From Candidatus Omnitrophota bacterium (GTDB taxonomy: Bacteria > Omnitrophota > Gorgyraeia > Zapsychrales > JBAZNR01): a DNA stretch of 64,000 nucleotides. Made by a program: the position numbers and the translations under genes. The notes under the pieces were generated by a model, which searched no databases, was not told the DNA's origin, and saw only the letters and a list, made by a program, of their open reading frames with translations. The stretch's first letter is position 1; every line of letters begins with the position of its first letter. The stretch lies in assembly GCA_041649175.1 (NCBI GenBank), contig JBAZNR010000001.1, positions 719,497-783,496 of the forward strand, read 5' to 3'. Below, piece by piece: positions 46,971 to 57,801 of the stretch.

Positions 46971-47972
46971 ATGCCTAAGACCATAACTTACAAAACAAGC
47001 GGTGTGGATATTCAAAAAGCGAATGTCTTTGTGGACGCGATCAAAAAATTAGCTAAAAGCACCATGCAGCCGAGCGTTTTAAAAGATAAAGGCGGATTTG
47101 GAAGCCTTTTTGCTTTTGATACAAGAAAGTATCGCCGTCCGGTTTTAGTATCTTCTACCGATGGTGTCGGGACAAAGCTCCTCATTGCCAAAGCCGTTAA
47201 TAAACATGACACCGTCGGTATTGACCTGGTGGCGATGAATGTTAATGACGTTCTTTGCGCCGGCGCGCGTCCATTGTTTTTCTTAGATTATATTGCCTGT
47301 GGTAAAGTTCAGCCCAAAGTTTTAAAAGATGTGATGAAGGGAATTGTGGAAGGCTGCCGCCAATCAGGCTGTAGTTTGATCGGCGGAGAAACGGCGGAAA
47401 TGCCCGGGCTTTACAAAAAGGATGAATATGACTTGGCCGGATTTACGGTAGGCGTGGTGGATCACGATAAAATTATTGACGGTTCAAAGATGCGGGCGGG
47501 CGATGCTATTATCGGGATCGCGTCCAGCGGGCTTCATTCCAATGGTTTTTCTTTGGCCAGAAAAGTTTTTTCGCTGAGCGAGCAGAAAAAATATGCCAAA
47601 GAATTGCTGACCCCGACCAAAATTTACGTTAAACCGATCTTGAAATTATTAGAGCATTTTTCCGTTAAGGGGATGGCTCATGTTACCGGCGGCGCATTTT
47701 ATGAAAAGCTAACGAAGATCATTCCTGACGGAAAATGCGCGCTCATTTGTAAGGGCAGTTGGAATATTCCGGATATTTTCCAAAAGATCCAACGTAAAGG
47801 CAATGTTCCCGAGCGGGATATGTACACCACATTTAACATGGGCATTGGTTTTGCGGTTGTTGTCGATAAAAAATTCGTTGAGTCTGTTCGCCGGTTTTTA
47901 TCAAAACAAGGGCTTGTCTCTTGGAATATCGGTGAGATCATTAACGATAAGAAAAGAAAAATTATTTTATGA
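46971..47972 (+). CDS. purM: AIR synthetase
   Basis: PurM family. 333 aa. Confidence 0.9.
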   Translation: MPKTITYKTSGVDIQKANVFVDAIKKLAKSTMQPSVLKDKGGFGSLFAFDTRKYRRPVLVSSTDGVGTKLLIAKAVNKHDTVGIDLVAMNVNDVLCAGARPLFFLDYIACGKVQPKVLKDVMKGIVEGCRQSGCSLIGGETAEMPGLYKKDEYDLAGFTVGVVDHDKIIDGSKMRAGDAIIGIASSGLHSNGFSLARKVFSLSEQKKYAKELLTPTKIYVKPILKLLEHFSVKGMAHVTGGAFYEKLTKIIPDGKCALICKGSWNIPDIFQKIQRKGNVPERDMYTTFNMGIGFAVVVDKKFVESVRRFLSKQGLVSWNIGEIINDKKRKIIL

Positions 47973-49225
47973 ACGTCTTAGTGATCGGTTCCGGCGGGCG
48001 TGAGCACGCTATTTGTTGGAAAATAAAACAGAGCCCAAAGGTTAGAACGATTTATTGCGCGCCGGGTAATGGAGGTATTAGCGAGGCGGCTTCGTGCGTC
48101 GATATCAAGGCGGATGATATTGCCGGGCTTTTAAAGTTTGCTAAAGATAAAAAAATTGATTTAACGGTTGTAGGCCCCGAAGTGCCATTGGTTGCCGGCA
48201 TTGTGGATGAATTTGAAAAAAACGGATTAAAAGTCTTTGGGCCCCAAAAAGGTGCCGCGCAGCTTGAAGGAAGCAAGATTTTCGCCAAAGAATTTATGAA
48301 GCGAAACAAAATTCCAACGGCTGATTTTGAGAATTTTGATTCATTGGTGCGGGCTGAACAGATCGCCGCGCAGGGAAAATTCCGTTTTCCGCTGGTCATT
48401 AAAGCGGATGGCTTGGCGGCCGGTAAAGGCGTTGTAATCTGTCAGTCTTTGGATGATGTCAAGCAAGCCTTAAAGACAGCCGTTAAGAAAAATGGCGTGA
48501 TTGAAGAATATTTAGACGGCGAAGAAGCTTCTATCTTAGCCATTAGCGACGGAAAAAATTTTGTTTTGTTAGAATCTTCTCAGGACCATAAAAGGACCTT
48601 TGATAATGATCAGGGGCCTAATACCGGAGGGATGGGGGCTTATTCTCCGGCTCCGGTGGTTACGCCGGAATTAATGAAGAAAATTTCCAAAGAAGTCATC
48701 AAGCCTGTCATTGACGGCATGAGCCGGGAAGGAAATCCTTTTAAAGGCGTTTTATACGCCGGGCTAATGATCAATAAAAATGAGTTAAAGGTTCTAGAAT
48801 TTAATGTTCGTTTCGGCGATCCGGAAACGCAGGCGGTTTTACCGAGATTAAAAACTGATCTAGTGGACGTGATGCTGGCTTCTTGCGATGATACTTTAGA
48901 TAAGATCAACTTACAGTGGGATAAACGTGTTTGTGCTTGTGTCGTCATGGCGTCTAAAGGTTATCCGGATAACTATGAAAAAGGAAAAGAGATCAAAGGG
49001 CTAGATGCTAGCAGCGAAAAAGACGCAATTGTTTTTCATGCCGGCACTGTAGAGCAGCATGATAAAATACTTACCTCTGGAGGCCGCGTGTTGGGTGTGG
49101 TTGGCTTAGGGAAAGATATCAAAGAAGCGGTTGGGAAATCTTATAAAAAGGTAAGCCAGATCAAATTTGACGGATGTCATTTTAGAAAAGACATCGGTTT
49201 TAGGGCTTTGAAAAGGCCGTCCTGA
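47969..49225 (+). CDS. purD: GAR synthetase
   Basis: ATP-grasp PurD family. 418 aa. Confidence 0.9.
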   Translation: MNVLVIGSGGREHAICWKIKQSPKVRTIYCAPGNGGISEAASCVDIKADDIAGLLKFAKDKKIDLTVVGPEVPLVAGIVDEFEKNGLKVFGPQKGAAQLEGSKIFAKEFMKRNKIPTADFENFDSLVRAEQIAAQGKFRFPLVIKADGLAAGKGVVICQSLDDVKQALKTAVKKNGVIEEYLDGEEASILAISDGKNFVLLESSQDHKRTFDNDQGPNTGGMGAYSPAPVVTPELMKKISKEVIKPVIDGMSREGNPFKGVLYAGLMINKNELKVLEFNVRFGDPETQAVLPRLKTDLVDVMLASCDDTLDKINLQWDKRVCACVVMASKGYPDNYEKGKEIKGLDASSEKDAIVFHAGTVEQHDKILTSGGRVLGVVGLGKDIKEAVGKSYKKVSQIKFDGCHFRKDIGFRALKRPS

Positions 49226-49296
49226 AAATAGTTTTCAGGAGAGCCTCGTTTATTTCCTCTTAAAGGGAAATAAGGAAAAATAAACGGGAGCGTGTG

Positions 49297-49785
49297 ATGA
49301 AAAATATTTTAGTGTCTATTGTTATGGGAAGTGAATCTGATCTATCCACCATGGAAGAAGCCGCCAAGATCTTAAAAAATTTCGGCGTTTCGTATGAAGT
49401 CAAAGTTTGGTCTGCACATCGCACCCCTGATGAAACGGCGGAATATGCCAAAGCCTTAAAATCGCGCGGAGTTCAAGTTGTTATTGCCGGCGCGGGCGGA
49501 GCGGCCGCGTTAGCGGGAGTAGTGGCAAGCTTTACCACAATTCCGGTCTTAGGCGTGCCTATTGAAACAACCGCCTTAGACGGATTAGATTCCTTGCTTT
49601 CAACAGTGCAGATGCCGGCCGGAACTCCCGTCGGGACTTTAGCCATCGGAAAACCAGGTGCCAAAAATGCGGCCTTTTTGGCGCTACGTATTCTCAGCTT
49701 ATCGGATAAAACGATCGGGGCAGCTTTAGAAAAATATCGCGGTGAACAAGCGGAAAAAATAAAGAATATCAAGGTAGACGTTTGA
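49297..49785 (+). CDS. purE: N5-CAIR mutase / AIR carboxylase
   Basis: PurE family. Start at ATG 49297 with a GGGAG Shine-Dalgarno. Confidence 0.9.
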   Translation: MKNILVSIVMGSESDLSTMEEAAKILKNFGVSYEVKVWSAHRTPDETAEYAKALKSRGVQVVIAGAGGAAALAGVVASFTTIPVLGVPIETTALDGLDSLLSTVQMPAGTPVGTLAIGKPGAKNAAFLALRILSLSDKTIGAALEKYRGEQAEKIKNIKVDV

Positions 49786-50843
49786 AGACCGAAATTATTA
49801 AAATTCATCCGAATTATCCTGAATACGATAAGATTATCGAATGCGCCAAGATCATTCGTGACGGTGGGCTCGTTGTATTTCCCACCGAAACGGTTTATGG
49901 GATTGCGGCCAATGCCGAGGACAGAAAAGCGGTTGAACGTCTTTATAAAGTAAAACGTCGTTCTTTGGATAAACCGTTTTCCATTTTAGCCTGGCAAAAA
50001 TTAGCCATTGATGAAATGGGTTATAAGACGGATCGTTCGGTTTATAAGTTGATCGATGAATTTTGGCCCGGCCCTTTAACTGTTATTGTTCCAACGCAAG
50101 ATGCCGGAAAAACGATTGGCCTAAGGATGCCTAATAATTTGATCGCCTTAAGCTTAGCGCGCGAAGCACAATGTTTGGTGGCGGCGCCGTCGGCGAACTT
50201 TGAAGGCAATCATCCTCCGGTCACTTATGCGGAGGCCTTGCGTGATCTTGACGGGCTGGTGGATGTGGCTATTGACGGCGGTCCATCGACAGTCGGACAT
50301 GAATCTGCCATCGTTGATCTAACCAACTTACCGCCGAAGATTTTACGTTCCGGCCCCATTAGCCAGGCGGATATTGACCGGATCACAAAACAAAAGATCG
50401 TTCTTTTTGTCTGCACCGGAAATAGTTGCCGGTCGGTGATGGCGGAATATTTGTTACGCAAGAAATTAGAAGATCGACGGGATGTCAAAGTTATTTCGGC
50501 GGGAACGGGTGTTTATATCAGCACCGGCGCCAGCGAGGAAACATTATGTGTCCTTCGCAAAGAAGGCATTAACGCGCTGTCGCATCGCGCTCAACCGGTG
50601 ACAAAGATCTTGTTAAAGAAAGCGGACCTGATCTTCGTGATGACCTCAAGCCATCGACGGCAAGTTTTAGAATTCGCTCCGTCGGTAGAAGACCGGATCT
50701 ATTTATTGCGGGAATTTGCGAAAAATGCCAAAAGTTTAGAAGAAACGGATATCTCGGACCCTATCGGAAGATCGGCGCAGGCTTATGAGGAATGTTTAGA
50801 AATGATCAAAGACAGCATACAAAAAATAGGAGAACTGGTTTGA
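49782..50843 (+). CDS. fusion: TsaC/YrdC-type L-threonylcarbamoyladenylate synthase domain + low-molecular-weight protein phosphatase (LMW-PTP/arginine phosphatase-like) domain
   Basis: N-terminal YrdC fold ([14 protein letters not shown]). C-terminal CX5R P-loop ([13 protein letters not shown]) and DP motif (DISDPIG). Confidence 0.8.
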   Translation: MKTEIIKIHPNYPEYDKIIECAKIIRDGGLVVFPTETVYGIAANAEDRKAVERLYKVKRRSLDKPFSILAWQKLAIDEMGYKTDRSVYKLIDEFWPGPLTVIVPTQDAGKTIGLRMPNNLIALSLAREAQCLVAAPSANFEGNHPPVTYAEALRDLDGLVDVAIDGGPSTVGHESAIVDLTNLPPKILRSGPISQADIDRITKQKIVLFVCTGNSCRSVMAEYLLRKKLEDRRDVKVISAGTGVYISTGASEETLCVLRKEGINALSHRAQPVTKILLKKADLIFVMTSSHRRQVLEFAPSVEDRIYLLREFAKNAKSLEETDISDPIGRSAQAYEECLEMIKDSIQKIGELV

Positions 50844-51289
50844 ACATTTATATCGGGGCGGATCACCGCGGATTTGTTCTTAAGGGAAAAATAAAGAAAT
50901 TTCTGGCCGATCGCGGATATCATGTTGTTGATGTCGGAACGTATGAGCGTGATGTTAGCTGTGATTATCCTAAGACAGCTCTTCAGGTGGCTAAAAAAGT
51001 CGCCTGCGATAAACAAGCGCGTGGTATTATTGTGTGTATGTCAGGCATTGGTAATTCAATTGTTGCTAATAAGGTTAAGGGTATTCGAGCGGCTCTTTGT
51101 TATAACAAAACGGCCGCGCGTCTTTCCCGGGAACATAATGATGCCAATGTCTTGGCATTAGGTTCAAAGTTTGTGACTAAAAAAGAGCTGTATGCCATTA
51201 TTACGATTTGGCTTAAAACGCCTTTTGAAGGTGGGCGTCATTTAAGAAGGGTGAATCAAATTCGAAGCATTGAAAGAGGACTTTGTTAA
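50840..51289 (+). CDS. rpiB: ribose-5-phosphate isomerase B
   Basis: RpiB/LacAB family. TTG start with an AGGAG Shine-Dalgarno, overlapping the preceding stop; the track ORF starts further upstream. Confidence 0.85.
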   Translation: MNIYIGADHRGFVLKGKIKKFLADRGYHVVDVGTYERDVSCDYPKTALQVAKKVACDKQARGIIVCMSGIGNSIVANKVKGIRAALCYNKTAARLSREHNDANVLALGSKFVTKKELYAIITIWLKTPFEGGRHLRRVNQIRSIERGLC

Positions 51290-51316
51290 TTTAATTTTTA
51301 CGGTTACGGAGGAAAC

Positions 51317-52570
51317 ATGTCACGTCTTATGAAGGTTGATGGGCAGGTTTACAAGGCTATTCAAAATGAAGTTAAGCGGCAAAATGAGAACTTAGAGCTG
51401 ATCGCTTCGGAAAATTTTGTTTCCGAGGCTGTTTTAGAAGCTCAGGGTTGCGTGATGACCAATAAATACGCTGAAGGTTATCCCACAGCGCGCTGGTATG
51501 GCGGCTGCGAAAATGTTGATGTCGTCGAGCAATTGGCCATTGACCGTGCGAAGAAAATATTCGGTGCGGAGCATGTGAACGTTCAACCTCATTGCGGTTC
51601 GCAGGCGAATATGGCGGTCTATCAGGCGGTTTTAAATCCGGGTGATACAGTTTTAGCGATGGACTTAGCCTGCGGCGGGCATTTAACGCATGGGCACAAA
51701 TTAAATTTTTCCGGGCGGACCTACAAAATGGTTCCTTATGGAGTCAATAAAGAAACAGAAATGCTCGATTACAATGAAATTATGGATATTGCCAAAAAAT
51801 GTCAGCCTAAAATGATCTTGGCCGGCGCCTCGGCATATTCACGTATCATTGATTTTAAGAAATTCCGTGAAATTTGCGACGCGGTCGGCGCGTATCTTTT
51901 TGTGGATATGGCGCATATCGCGGGATTGGTGGCGGCAGGGCTTCATCCAAATCCTGTTCCGCTAGCGGAATTTGTAACGACCACAACGCATAAAACATTG
52001 CGTGGGCCGCGCGGCGGAATGGTTTTTTGCCGTAAAGAATTTGCTAAAAGAATTGATATGACGGTTTTTCCGGGAATTCAAGGCGGGCCTCTCATGCATG
52101 TGATCGCGGCCAAAGCGGTGGCTTTAAAAGAAGCATCCAGCGGCAGTTTTAAGAAATATCAGGCGCAGATCATTAAAAATGCTAAGGCTTTATCGAATAA
52201 ATTAGCCGGACGTGGTTATCGTATTGTCGCCGGAGGGACCGATAATCATCTTTTTATGGTAGACTTGCGGGAGAAGAATATTTCCGGAAAAGATGCCGCG
52301 CATCTTTTAGACCAGGTGCGTATTACGGTCAATAAAAATCTTATTCCCTATGACCCGCAGCCACCGATGGTAGCGAGCGGTATTCGTATCGGAACGCCGG
52401 CGGTGACCAGCCGCGGCATGAAAGAAGCGGAGATGAAAAAGATCGCCGAGCTTATTGACGAAGCGGTGACGTATCGCGATGATGAAGAAGTTTTGGAAGA
52501 TATTCGCAAAAAAGTCGGACAGGTCACTAAAAGATTTCCTTTATACGGGTATAAAAAAATTAAAAAATGA
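51317..52570 (+). CDS. glyA: serine hydroxymethyltransferase
   Basis: PLP site [13 protein letters not shown]. 417 aa. Confidence 0.95.
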   Translation: MSRLMKVDGQVYKAIQNEVKRQNENLELIASENFVSEAVLEAQGCVMTNKYAEGYPTARWYGGCENVDVVEQLAIDRAKKIFGAEHVNVQPHCGSQANMAVYQAVLNPGDTVLAMDLACGGHLTHGHKLNFSGRTYKMVPYGVNKETEMLDYNEIMDIAKKCQPKMILAGASAYSRIIDFKKFREICDAVGAYLFVDMAHIAGLVAAGLHPNPVPLAEFVTTTTHKTLRGPRGGMVFCRKEFAKRIDMTVFPGIQGGPLMHVIAAKAVALKEASSGSFKKYQAQIIKNAKALSNKLAGRGYRIVAGGTDNHLFMVDLREKNISGKDAAHLLDQVRITVNKNLIPYDPQPPMVASGIRIGTPAVTSRGMKEAEMKKIAELIDEAVTYRDDEEVLEDIRKKVGQVTKRFPLYGYKKIKK

Positions 52571-53040
52571 AATGTCCCAGCTGTTTTTATAAAGAAACTA
52601 AAGTTATTGATTCGCGTTTAAGCAGTGACGGTGCTTCTATTCGCCGCCGGCGGGAATGTTTAAAATGCGAGAAGCGTTTTACAACGTATGAATATGTTGA
52701 ACAAGTTCCTTTGATGGTGGTTAAAAACGACGGACGAAGACAGCCATTTGACCGTAAAAAGATCGTAGCCGGCCTTATTAAGGCTTGTGAAAAACGTCCC
52801 ATTAGTATTGATAAGATGGAAGATGTGACGACGGAAATCGAACGCACGGTCCAAAAACAATTCGATAAAGAAGTGAACTCAAAGGCTATCGGCGAATTAG
52901 TGATGGAAAAATTAGCCGTTTTAGACGAAGTGGCTTATGTGCGTTTTGCTTCTGTCTATCGGCAGTTCCGTGATGTTAATCAATTTATGAGCGAGCTGCA
53001 CCATATCCTTGATAAAGAGAAAGTAAAACGAAAGAAGTAG
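52567..53040 (+). CDS. nrdR: transcriptional repressor NrdR
   Basis: N-terminal zinc ribbon (CPSC...CLKC) and ATP-cone. Confidence 0.9.
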   Translation: MKCPSCFYKETKVIDSRLSSDGASIRRRRECLKCEKRFTTYEYVEQVPLMVVKNDGRRQPFDRKKIVAGLIKACEKRPISIDKMEDVTTEIERTVQKQFDKEVNSKAIGELVMEKLAVLDEVAYVRFASVYRQFRDVNQFMSELHHILDKEKVKRKK

Positions 53041-53041
53041 C

Positions 53042-53449
53042 GTGATGATCCAAGTTGAATTAAGCAAAATTATTATTGATGAAAAACGCCAAGACCAGAT
53101 CATTGTCCTTCGGGAAAAAGAGGGAACAAGGCAGTTTCCGATCGTTATCGGTTTTTTGGAAGCATCTAGTATCAAGATGAAGCTTTCCGGGCTTCAAGTC
53201 CCGCGTCCGATGACCCATGACCTTCTCATAGCGCTTATTGAAGGCCTGGATGCTAAATTGGAAAAACTGGTGGTGGATAAATTAATCGATAATACCTTCC
53301 ATGCAAAGCTTATCCTAAAGGTTGCCGACGGAAAATCAAAAACGGTCGATTGCCGCCCGTCCGACGGCGTTGCTTTAGCCGTTCGCGCTAATGCGCCTAT
53401 TTTTGTCGAAGAAGAAGTTTTAAAGAAGGCCTCTATTTTTAAGGCATAG
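53042..53449 (+). CDS. bifunctional nuclease family protein (BFN, DUF151)
   Basis: PSDGVALAVR motif and size. Confidence 0.7.
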   Translation: MMIQVELSKIIIDEKRQDQIIVLREKEGTRQFPIVIGFLEASSIKMKLSGLQVPRPMTHDLLIALIEGLDAKLEKLVVDKLIDNTFHAKLILKVADGKSKTVDCRPSDGVALAVRANAPIFVEEEVLKKASIFKA

Positions 53450-53468
53450 CCTGCGCCGCTTTTCTCCT

Positions 53469-54929
53469 ATGAATCTTCAAAACTCATTGCATCTTAAAAT
53501 ACCTTTCCTGGAATTGATCCAAGGCCTAGCAAAGGAAAAGAAGCGATCGATCTTCCTTGTGGGAGGATCTTTGCGTGATTGCCTTCTTGAGCGCCACGTG
53601 ATGGATTTTGATTTTGCGGTTTCCTGTGGCGCTATCAAATGTGCGCAAGAATTCTGCAAAAAAATTAAAGGAGCTTTTGTCCTTTTGGATGAAGAGCACG
53701 GCTGTGCCCGCATCGTCAAAAAAACCAAAGAGGGGATCTTAACTTTTGACTTTGCCGATTTTCGCGGAAAAACCATTTCTGACGATCTGGCTTTAAGAGA
53801 TTTTACGATCAATACGCTTTGCGTTGATGTGCAGAAGATCGCTGGCAACACAATATTGCTCCAAGCCATTTTGAGCCATGACAATGCGTTAGAGGATATT
53901 CGATCAAGGAAGATTTCCATGGTTTCTGTTCGAAGTTTCAAAGATGACCCTTTAAGATTGGTGCGTGCTTTTAGTTTGCAGGCTACGTTAGACTTTTCCA
54001 TTGACCGTAAGACATTGGCGCAAATCAAAAAGGACAAAGATCTTCTAGCTCAAACCGCTTATGAAAGAATTCGTGACGAGTTTTTCAAAATATTATTATC
54101 TGAGCGCGCCGCGCCAACGTTGATCCTGATGGACAAAGTTGGTTTGCTGGAGAAAATTATCCCGCAGATCGCCGTTATGTTCAATGTGAAACAAGGCGGA
54201 TACCACCATTTGGATGTTTGGAAGCATTCTTTGGAAGTGGTGACACAGCTGGAAAAGGTATTTTCTGAAGTTAAACACGATCAGGATATTAAGAATTATC
54301 TTGAGGAGCCTTTGGCGGGAGTGCGAAACCGCCTGGCGCTGATGAAATTAGCAGCACTTCTCCATGATATCGGAAAGCCCGATACTCGCCGGAAAGAAAA
54401 AAAGCGCATGACTTTTCACGGCCACGAGCGTGTTGGCCGGGACATCTCTCGTCCTATAGCGCTTATGCTTAAGCTTTCCACAGATGAGCGCCACATTTTA
54501 GAAGATATGGTTTTTTGGCATCTTCGCCCGGGCTATTTATCCAATTTTAATATTCCCAGCGAGCGGGCCATGTTTAGATATTTTCGCGACACCAAAAAAG
54601 AAGCTCTAAGTATTGCGCTTTTATCATTGGCTGACCAAAGGTCTACGCGAGGGCCTTTAACGACCGCTTCAAAACAAAAGCACCATGAAAAAATCGCCTG
54701 GAAGATCATTAAACGTTATTTGGCAAAATCCAAAGAAAATCCTCTCAAGCGCCTTATTACGGGACATGATTTAATCCGACAATTAAAGTTAACACCGAGC
54801 CCAGTTTTTGCTAAAATTTTACGTGCTGTTGAGGAGCGTCAAACCTTGGGTGAGATCAATACAAAAACACAAGCGCTTGTGGCGGCTAAGGCTATGGTTA
54901 AGAAAAATAAAGGCAGAAACATTAATTAA
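53469..54929 (+). CDS. cca: CCA-adding enzyme / tRNA nucleotidyltransferase with HD domain
   Basis: Pol-beta NT motif GGSLRD...DFDF, and HD domain (HDIGK). Confidence 0.8.
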   Translation: MNLQNSLHLKIPFLELIQGLAKEKKRSIFLVGGSLRDCLLERHVMDFDFAVSCGAIKCAQEFCKKIKGAFVLLDEEHGCARIVKKTKEGILTFDFADFRGKTISDDLALRDFTINTLCVDVQKIAGNTILLQAILSHDNALEDIRSRKISMVSVRSFKDDPLRLVRAFSLQATLDFSIDRKTLAQIKKDKDLLAQTAYERIRDEFFKILLSERAAPTLILMDKVGLLEKIIPQIAVMFNVKQGGYHHLDVWKHSLEVVTQLEKVFSEVKHDQDIKNYLEEPLAGVRNRLALMKLAALLHDIGKPDTRRKEKKRMTFHGHERVGRDISRPIALMLKLSTDERHILEDMVFWHLRPGYLSNFNIPSERAMFRYFRDTKKEALSIALLSLADQRSTRGPLTTASKQKHHEKIAWKIIKRYLAKSKENPLKRLITGHDLIRQLKLTPSPVFAKILRAVEERQTLGEINTKTQALVAAKAMVKKNKGRNIN

Positions 54930-55885
54930 TGAAAATAGAAAATACAGAGATCAAGATCATTAAAGGCGACATTACTGATCTTACCGTTGATGCGATCGTC
55001 AGCGTTGCCAATGACCGACTTCTCATGAATGTGGATGTGGCCTCCGCCATTAAACGCAAAGGCGGCCAGGCTATTGAGGATGAGGCTGTTAAAAATTTGC
55101 CCGTGGTGATGGGCAATTGTGTTTTAACAACAGCGGGAAATCTTAAAGCCAAACATGTTATTCATTCGGTCATTATGGGGATGGATTTACGTACCGACGA
55201 AAAGAAAATACGCCAAGGTGTCGCCGGTGCTTTAAAGTTAGCGAACCAGATGAAATTAAAGTCTCTCGCCTTTCCGGCCCTTGGCCATGGCGTGGGCGGA
55301 TTTCCGCTCATTGGCGTGCCGAAAGTCATGATCCAGGAAGTCCTCAAATTCCTGCGGCAGGCAAAATCTGCTCCGTCAGAAATTATTTTCTGCCTCTATG
55401 ATGATGACTCGTTTAAGATCTTTGAGAAAACGATCCCGGCTTATCTGGAACATGTGCTGTATACTTTGTCGAAGGGGCCGTTTTTAACGGTAGATATCAT
55501 TATTGAACTCAAAGAGGGAATTGTCGTTATTGAACGCTCTAATCCTCCTCTTGGATTAGCTTTGCCCGGCGGATTTGTTGATTACGGAGAAAGCTTGGAA
55601 GAAGCGGCTTGTCGTGAGGCTAAAGAAGAAACCAATTTAAAGCTTTTGAATTTAAAACAATTTCATACCTTTTCAGAGCCAGGGCGTGATCCGCGCTTTC
55701 ATACCGTTTCAACGGTTTTTATCGCCGGGGCGAGCGGGATCCCAAAATCCGGCGATGACGCTAAGGCGCTGCGCGTTGTTCCCTTAAAAGATTTGATGAA
55801 GCTTGATTATGCTTTTGACCATAAGCAAGTTATTAAAGATTATTTGAAACAGTGCGGTATGTCGTCAGCGAAGTCTAAAAAGTGA
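54929..55885 (+). CDS. fusion: macro domain (O-acetyl-ADP-ribose deacetylase-like) + NUDIX hydrolase
   Basis: Macro GDIT...DAIVSVAN...KGG. NUDIX box [24 protein letters not shown]. Confidence 0.8.
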   Translation: MKIENTEIKIIKGDITDLTVDAIVSVANDRLLMNVDVASAIKRKGGQAIEDEAVKNLPVVMGNCVLTTAGNLKAKHVIHSVIMGMDLRTDEKKIRQGVAGALKLANQMKLKSLAFPALGHGVGGFPLIGVPKVMIQEVLKFLRQAKSAPSEIIFCLYDDDSFKIFEKTIPAYLEHVLYTLSKGPFLTVDIIIELKEGIVVIERSNPPLGLALPGGFVDYGESLEEAACREAKEETNLKLLNLKQFHTFSEPGRDPRFHTVSTVFIAGASGIPKSGDDAKALRVVPLKDLMKLDYAFDHKQVIKDYLKQCGMSSAKSKK

Positions 55886-56562
55886 AAATTATGAACATCC
55901 TTATTAAAAACATTCGTTTTATCATCATTGTTTTAGCCGTGTTTTTGATCTATCAATATGCGGCTAAGTATTTCCATGAAAATAAGATCTTAAAAGAAAT
56001 GGTGGCGCGCCTGGAGGCTGATTCGCGCGGGGCACAAGTGCTCGTGACCAATGTATCGTTTGATGAACAGACCGGAAGGAATCTGACCACCATTAAATTC
56101 CAAGAATTTGACGCGCAACAAAAGCCTTTAGCGCCAAAGTACTTTACGTTTTCCGGAAACCTGATCCAATTCCAATCGCTGGTGATCCGCTTTGATGATA
56201 TTCGTATTCGTCAGGCGGATAAATTCCGCGGAAAAAGCGCGTATCTTTTTATGAAGGTCTTTGTTCTGGACGGAAAAAATACGCAGGTATTCGACATCGC
56301 GAAAGTCAACGAAGTTCCGCTGGGTTACCAAATTGATGGGGCATCTCATTTTGAAAAACGGTTATGGGAACGTTTCTGGGGGTATGCTTTAAATGCAGAT
56401 CAGGCGAAAGACATGGGCATTAAAAATGCGCAAATCGAAGCGCCTGGAACGGTTTTTGTTCCCGGAACGCTTTATACGATTAAAATCGAACACGACGGAG
56501 GTTTAAGGATCGAAGCTCAAGCTCTGCCGGAGATTCTTAAAGGGGAAAGGATAGGGGCATAA
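55882..56562 (+). CDS. hypothetical protein with N-terminal TM anchor (226 aa)
   Basis: ORF in operon context, no recognised domain. Confidence 0.5.
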   Translation: MKIMNILIKNIRFIIIVLAVFLIYQYAAKYFHENKILKEMVARLEADSRGAQVLVTNVSFDEQTGRNLTTIKFQEFDAQQKPLAPKYFTFSGNLIQFQSLVIRFDDIRIRQADKFRGKSAYLFMKVFVLDGKNTQVFDIAKVNEVPLGYQIDGASHFEKRLWERFWGYALNADQAKDMGIKNAQIEAPGTVFVPGTLYTIKIEHDGGLRIEAQALPEILKGERIGA

Positions 56563-56981
56563 TGGAACATATTACAGTTCTTATTGCTGACGATGAAGTG
56601 GATGTTCTGGAGATCATGGCCAAAAAGATCTCGGCGGTCGGATATAAAGTTCTTACGGCATCTGACGGCCAAGAGGCGTGGGAAAAGATCAAGGCAGAAA
56701 TCCCGGATGTGATCTTATTGGATTTAAGAATGCCAAAACTTGACGGATTTATGGTTTTGAAGAATTTAAGGGATAATCCGCCTACTAAAAAATGGCAGCC
56801 GGTCATTATCATCTCAGCCGTCGGAGAATTAGACAGCATGAAAAGAGGCTTTGACTTGGAAGCTGATCATTATTTAACAAAGCCTTGCGACATGGAAGTT
56901 GTCCTTAAATCAATTCGCTTGATGGTTAGCCTCATCCCACAGCGCAGGTCTAATCTGGAAATGGATGAAGAAAAGAAATAG
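56562..56981 (+). CDS. single-domain response regulator (receiver)
   Basis: LIADDE...D...LLDLRMPKLDG...K receiver motifs. Confidence 0.8.
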   Translation: MEHITVLIADDEVDVLEIMAKKISAVGYKVLTASDGQEAWEKIKAEIPDVILLDLRMPKLDGFMVLKNLRDNPPTKKWQPVIIISAVGELDSMKRGFDLEADHYLTKPCDMEVVLKSIRLMVSLIPQRRSNLEMDEEKK

Positions 56982-56987
56982 AACGCA

Positions 56988-57797
56988 ATGATGATCAAAC
57001 TTTTGATCGCTCTAATCGCGGTTTTTATTCTTCTCGTCGGGTTTGTCAGGTACTTTGAAGCCAATAGCATCTTTCATCCGACGACTGAGATGCCGGTTAA
57101 TCCCAATTTGATCGGGTTTGATTACGAAGACGTTTATTTTAAAACACAAGACAATCTTCTTTTGAACGGATGGTTCATAAAATCTCCCGGAGCTCTCACA
57201 ACAGTTTTATTTTTTCACGGAAATGCCGGCAATATCAGCCATCGGTTGGAAAAGATCGTTCTTTTCCGCCAGCTGGGCTTAAATACATTTATTATTGATT
57301 ACCGAGGTTATGGAAAAAGCGAGGGAAAACCGACCGAAGAGGGAATTTATAAAGACGCGTCGGCTGCTTTGGATTATTTATCCACACGCGATGATATCAA
57401 CCGCAATCGTTTGATTGTTTATGGCGATTCGCTGGGAGGCGTTGTGGCGGTTGATTTGGCCTCAAGAAAGAAAGTCGCTGCTTTGATCGTTGATTCTTCG
57501 TTCCCGTCGGCGGCCGATGTAAGCAAGACTATTTTTCCGTTCATTCCATCCTTTTTCTTGAGAACAAAAATGGATTCGGCAAAGAAAGTCAAGCAAGTCA
57601 CAATTCCGAAGCTGTTTATTCATAGCACCAATGATGAAATTATTCCTTTCGCGTTAGGCAAAAAGTTATTTGACTTGGCCGGCAGCCCTAAAGAATTTTT
57701 ATCTATTACCGGCGGGCATAATACCAATCACATCGATTCTCATGATGTTTTGATAAAGAATATAACCCAATTCCTAAAGAAGAATAATTTACTCTAA
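56988..57797 (+). CDS. alpha/beta hydrolase
   Basis: Nucleophile elbow GDSLGG, HG oxyanion motif, His near the C-terminus. Confidence 0.75.
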   Translation: MMIKLLIALIAVFILLVGFVRYFEANSIFHPTTEMPVNPNLIGFDYEDVYFKTQDNLLLNGWFIKSPGALTTVLFFHGNAGNISHRLEKIVLFRQLGLNTFIIDYRGYGKSEGKPTEEGIYKDASAALDYLSTRDDINRNRLIVYGDSLGGVVAVDLASRKKVAALIVDSSFPSAADVSKTIFPFIPSFFLRTKMDSAKKVKQVTIPKLFIHSTNDEIIPFALGKKLFDLAGSPKEFLSITGGHNTNHIDSHDVLIKNITQFLKKNNLL

Positions 57798-57801
57798 GAC
57801 A

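Noticed and set aside
50792-50842. Upstream extension of rpiB ORF ([11 protein letters not shown]...)
   Set aside because: It lies inside the preceding TsaC/LMW-PTP gene. RpiB homologs start at MNIYIG, and a TTG with an AGGAG Shine-Dalgarno at 50840 fits.
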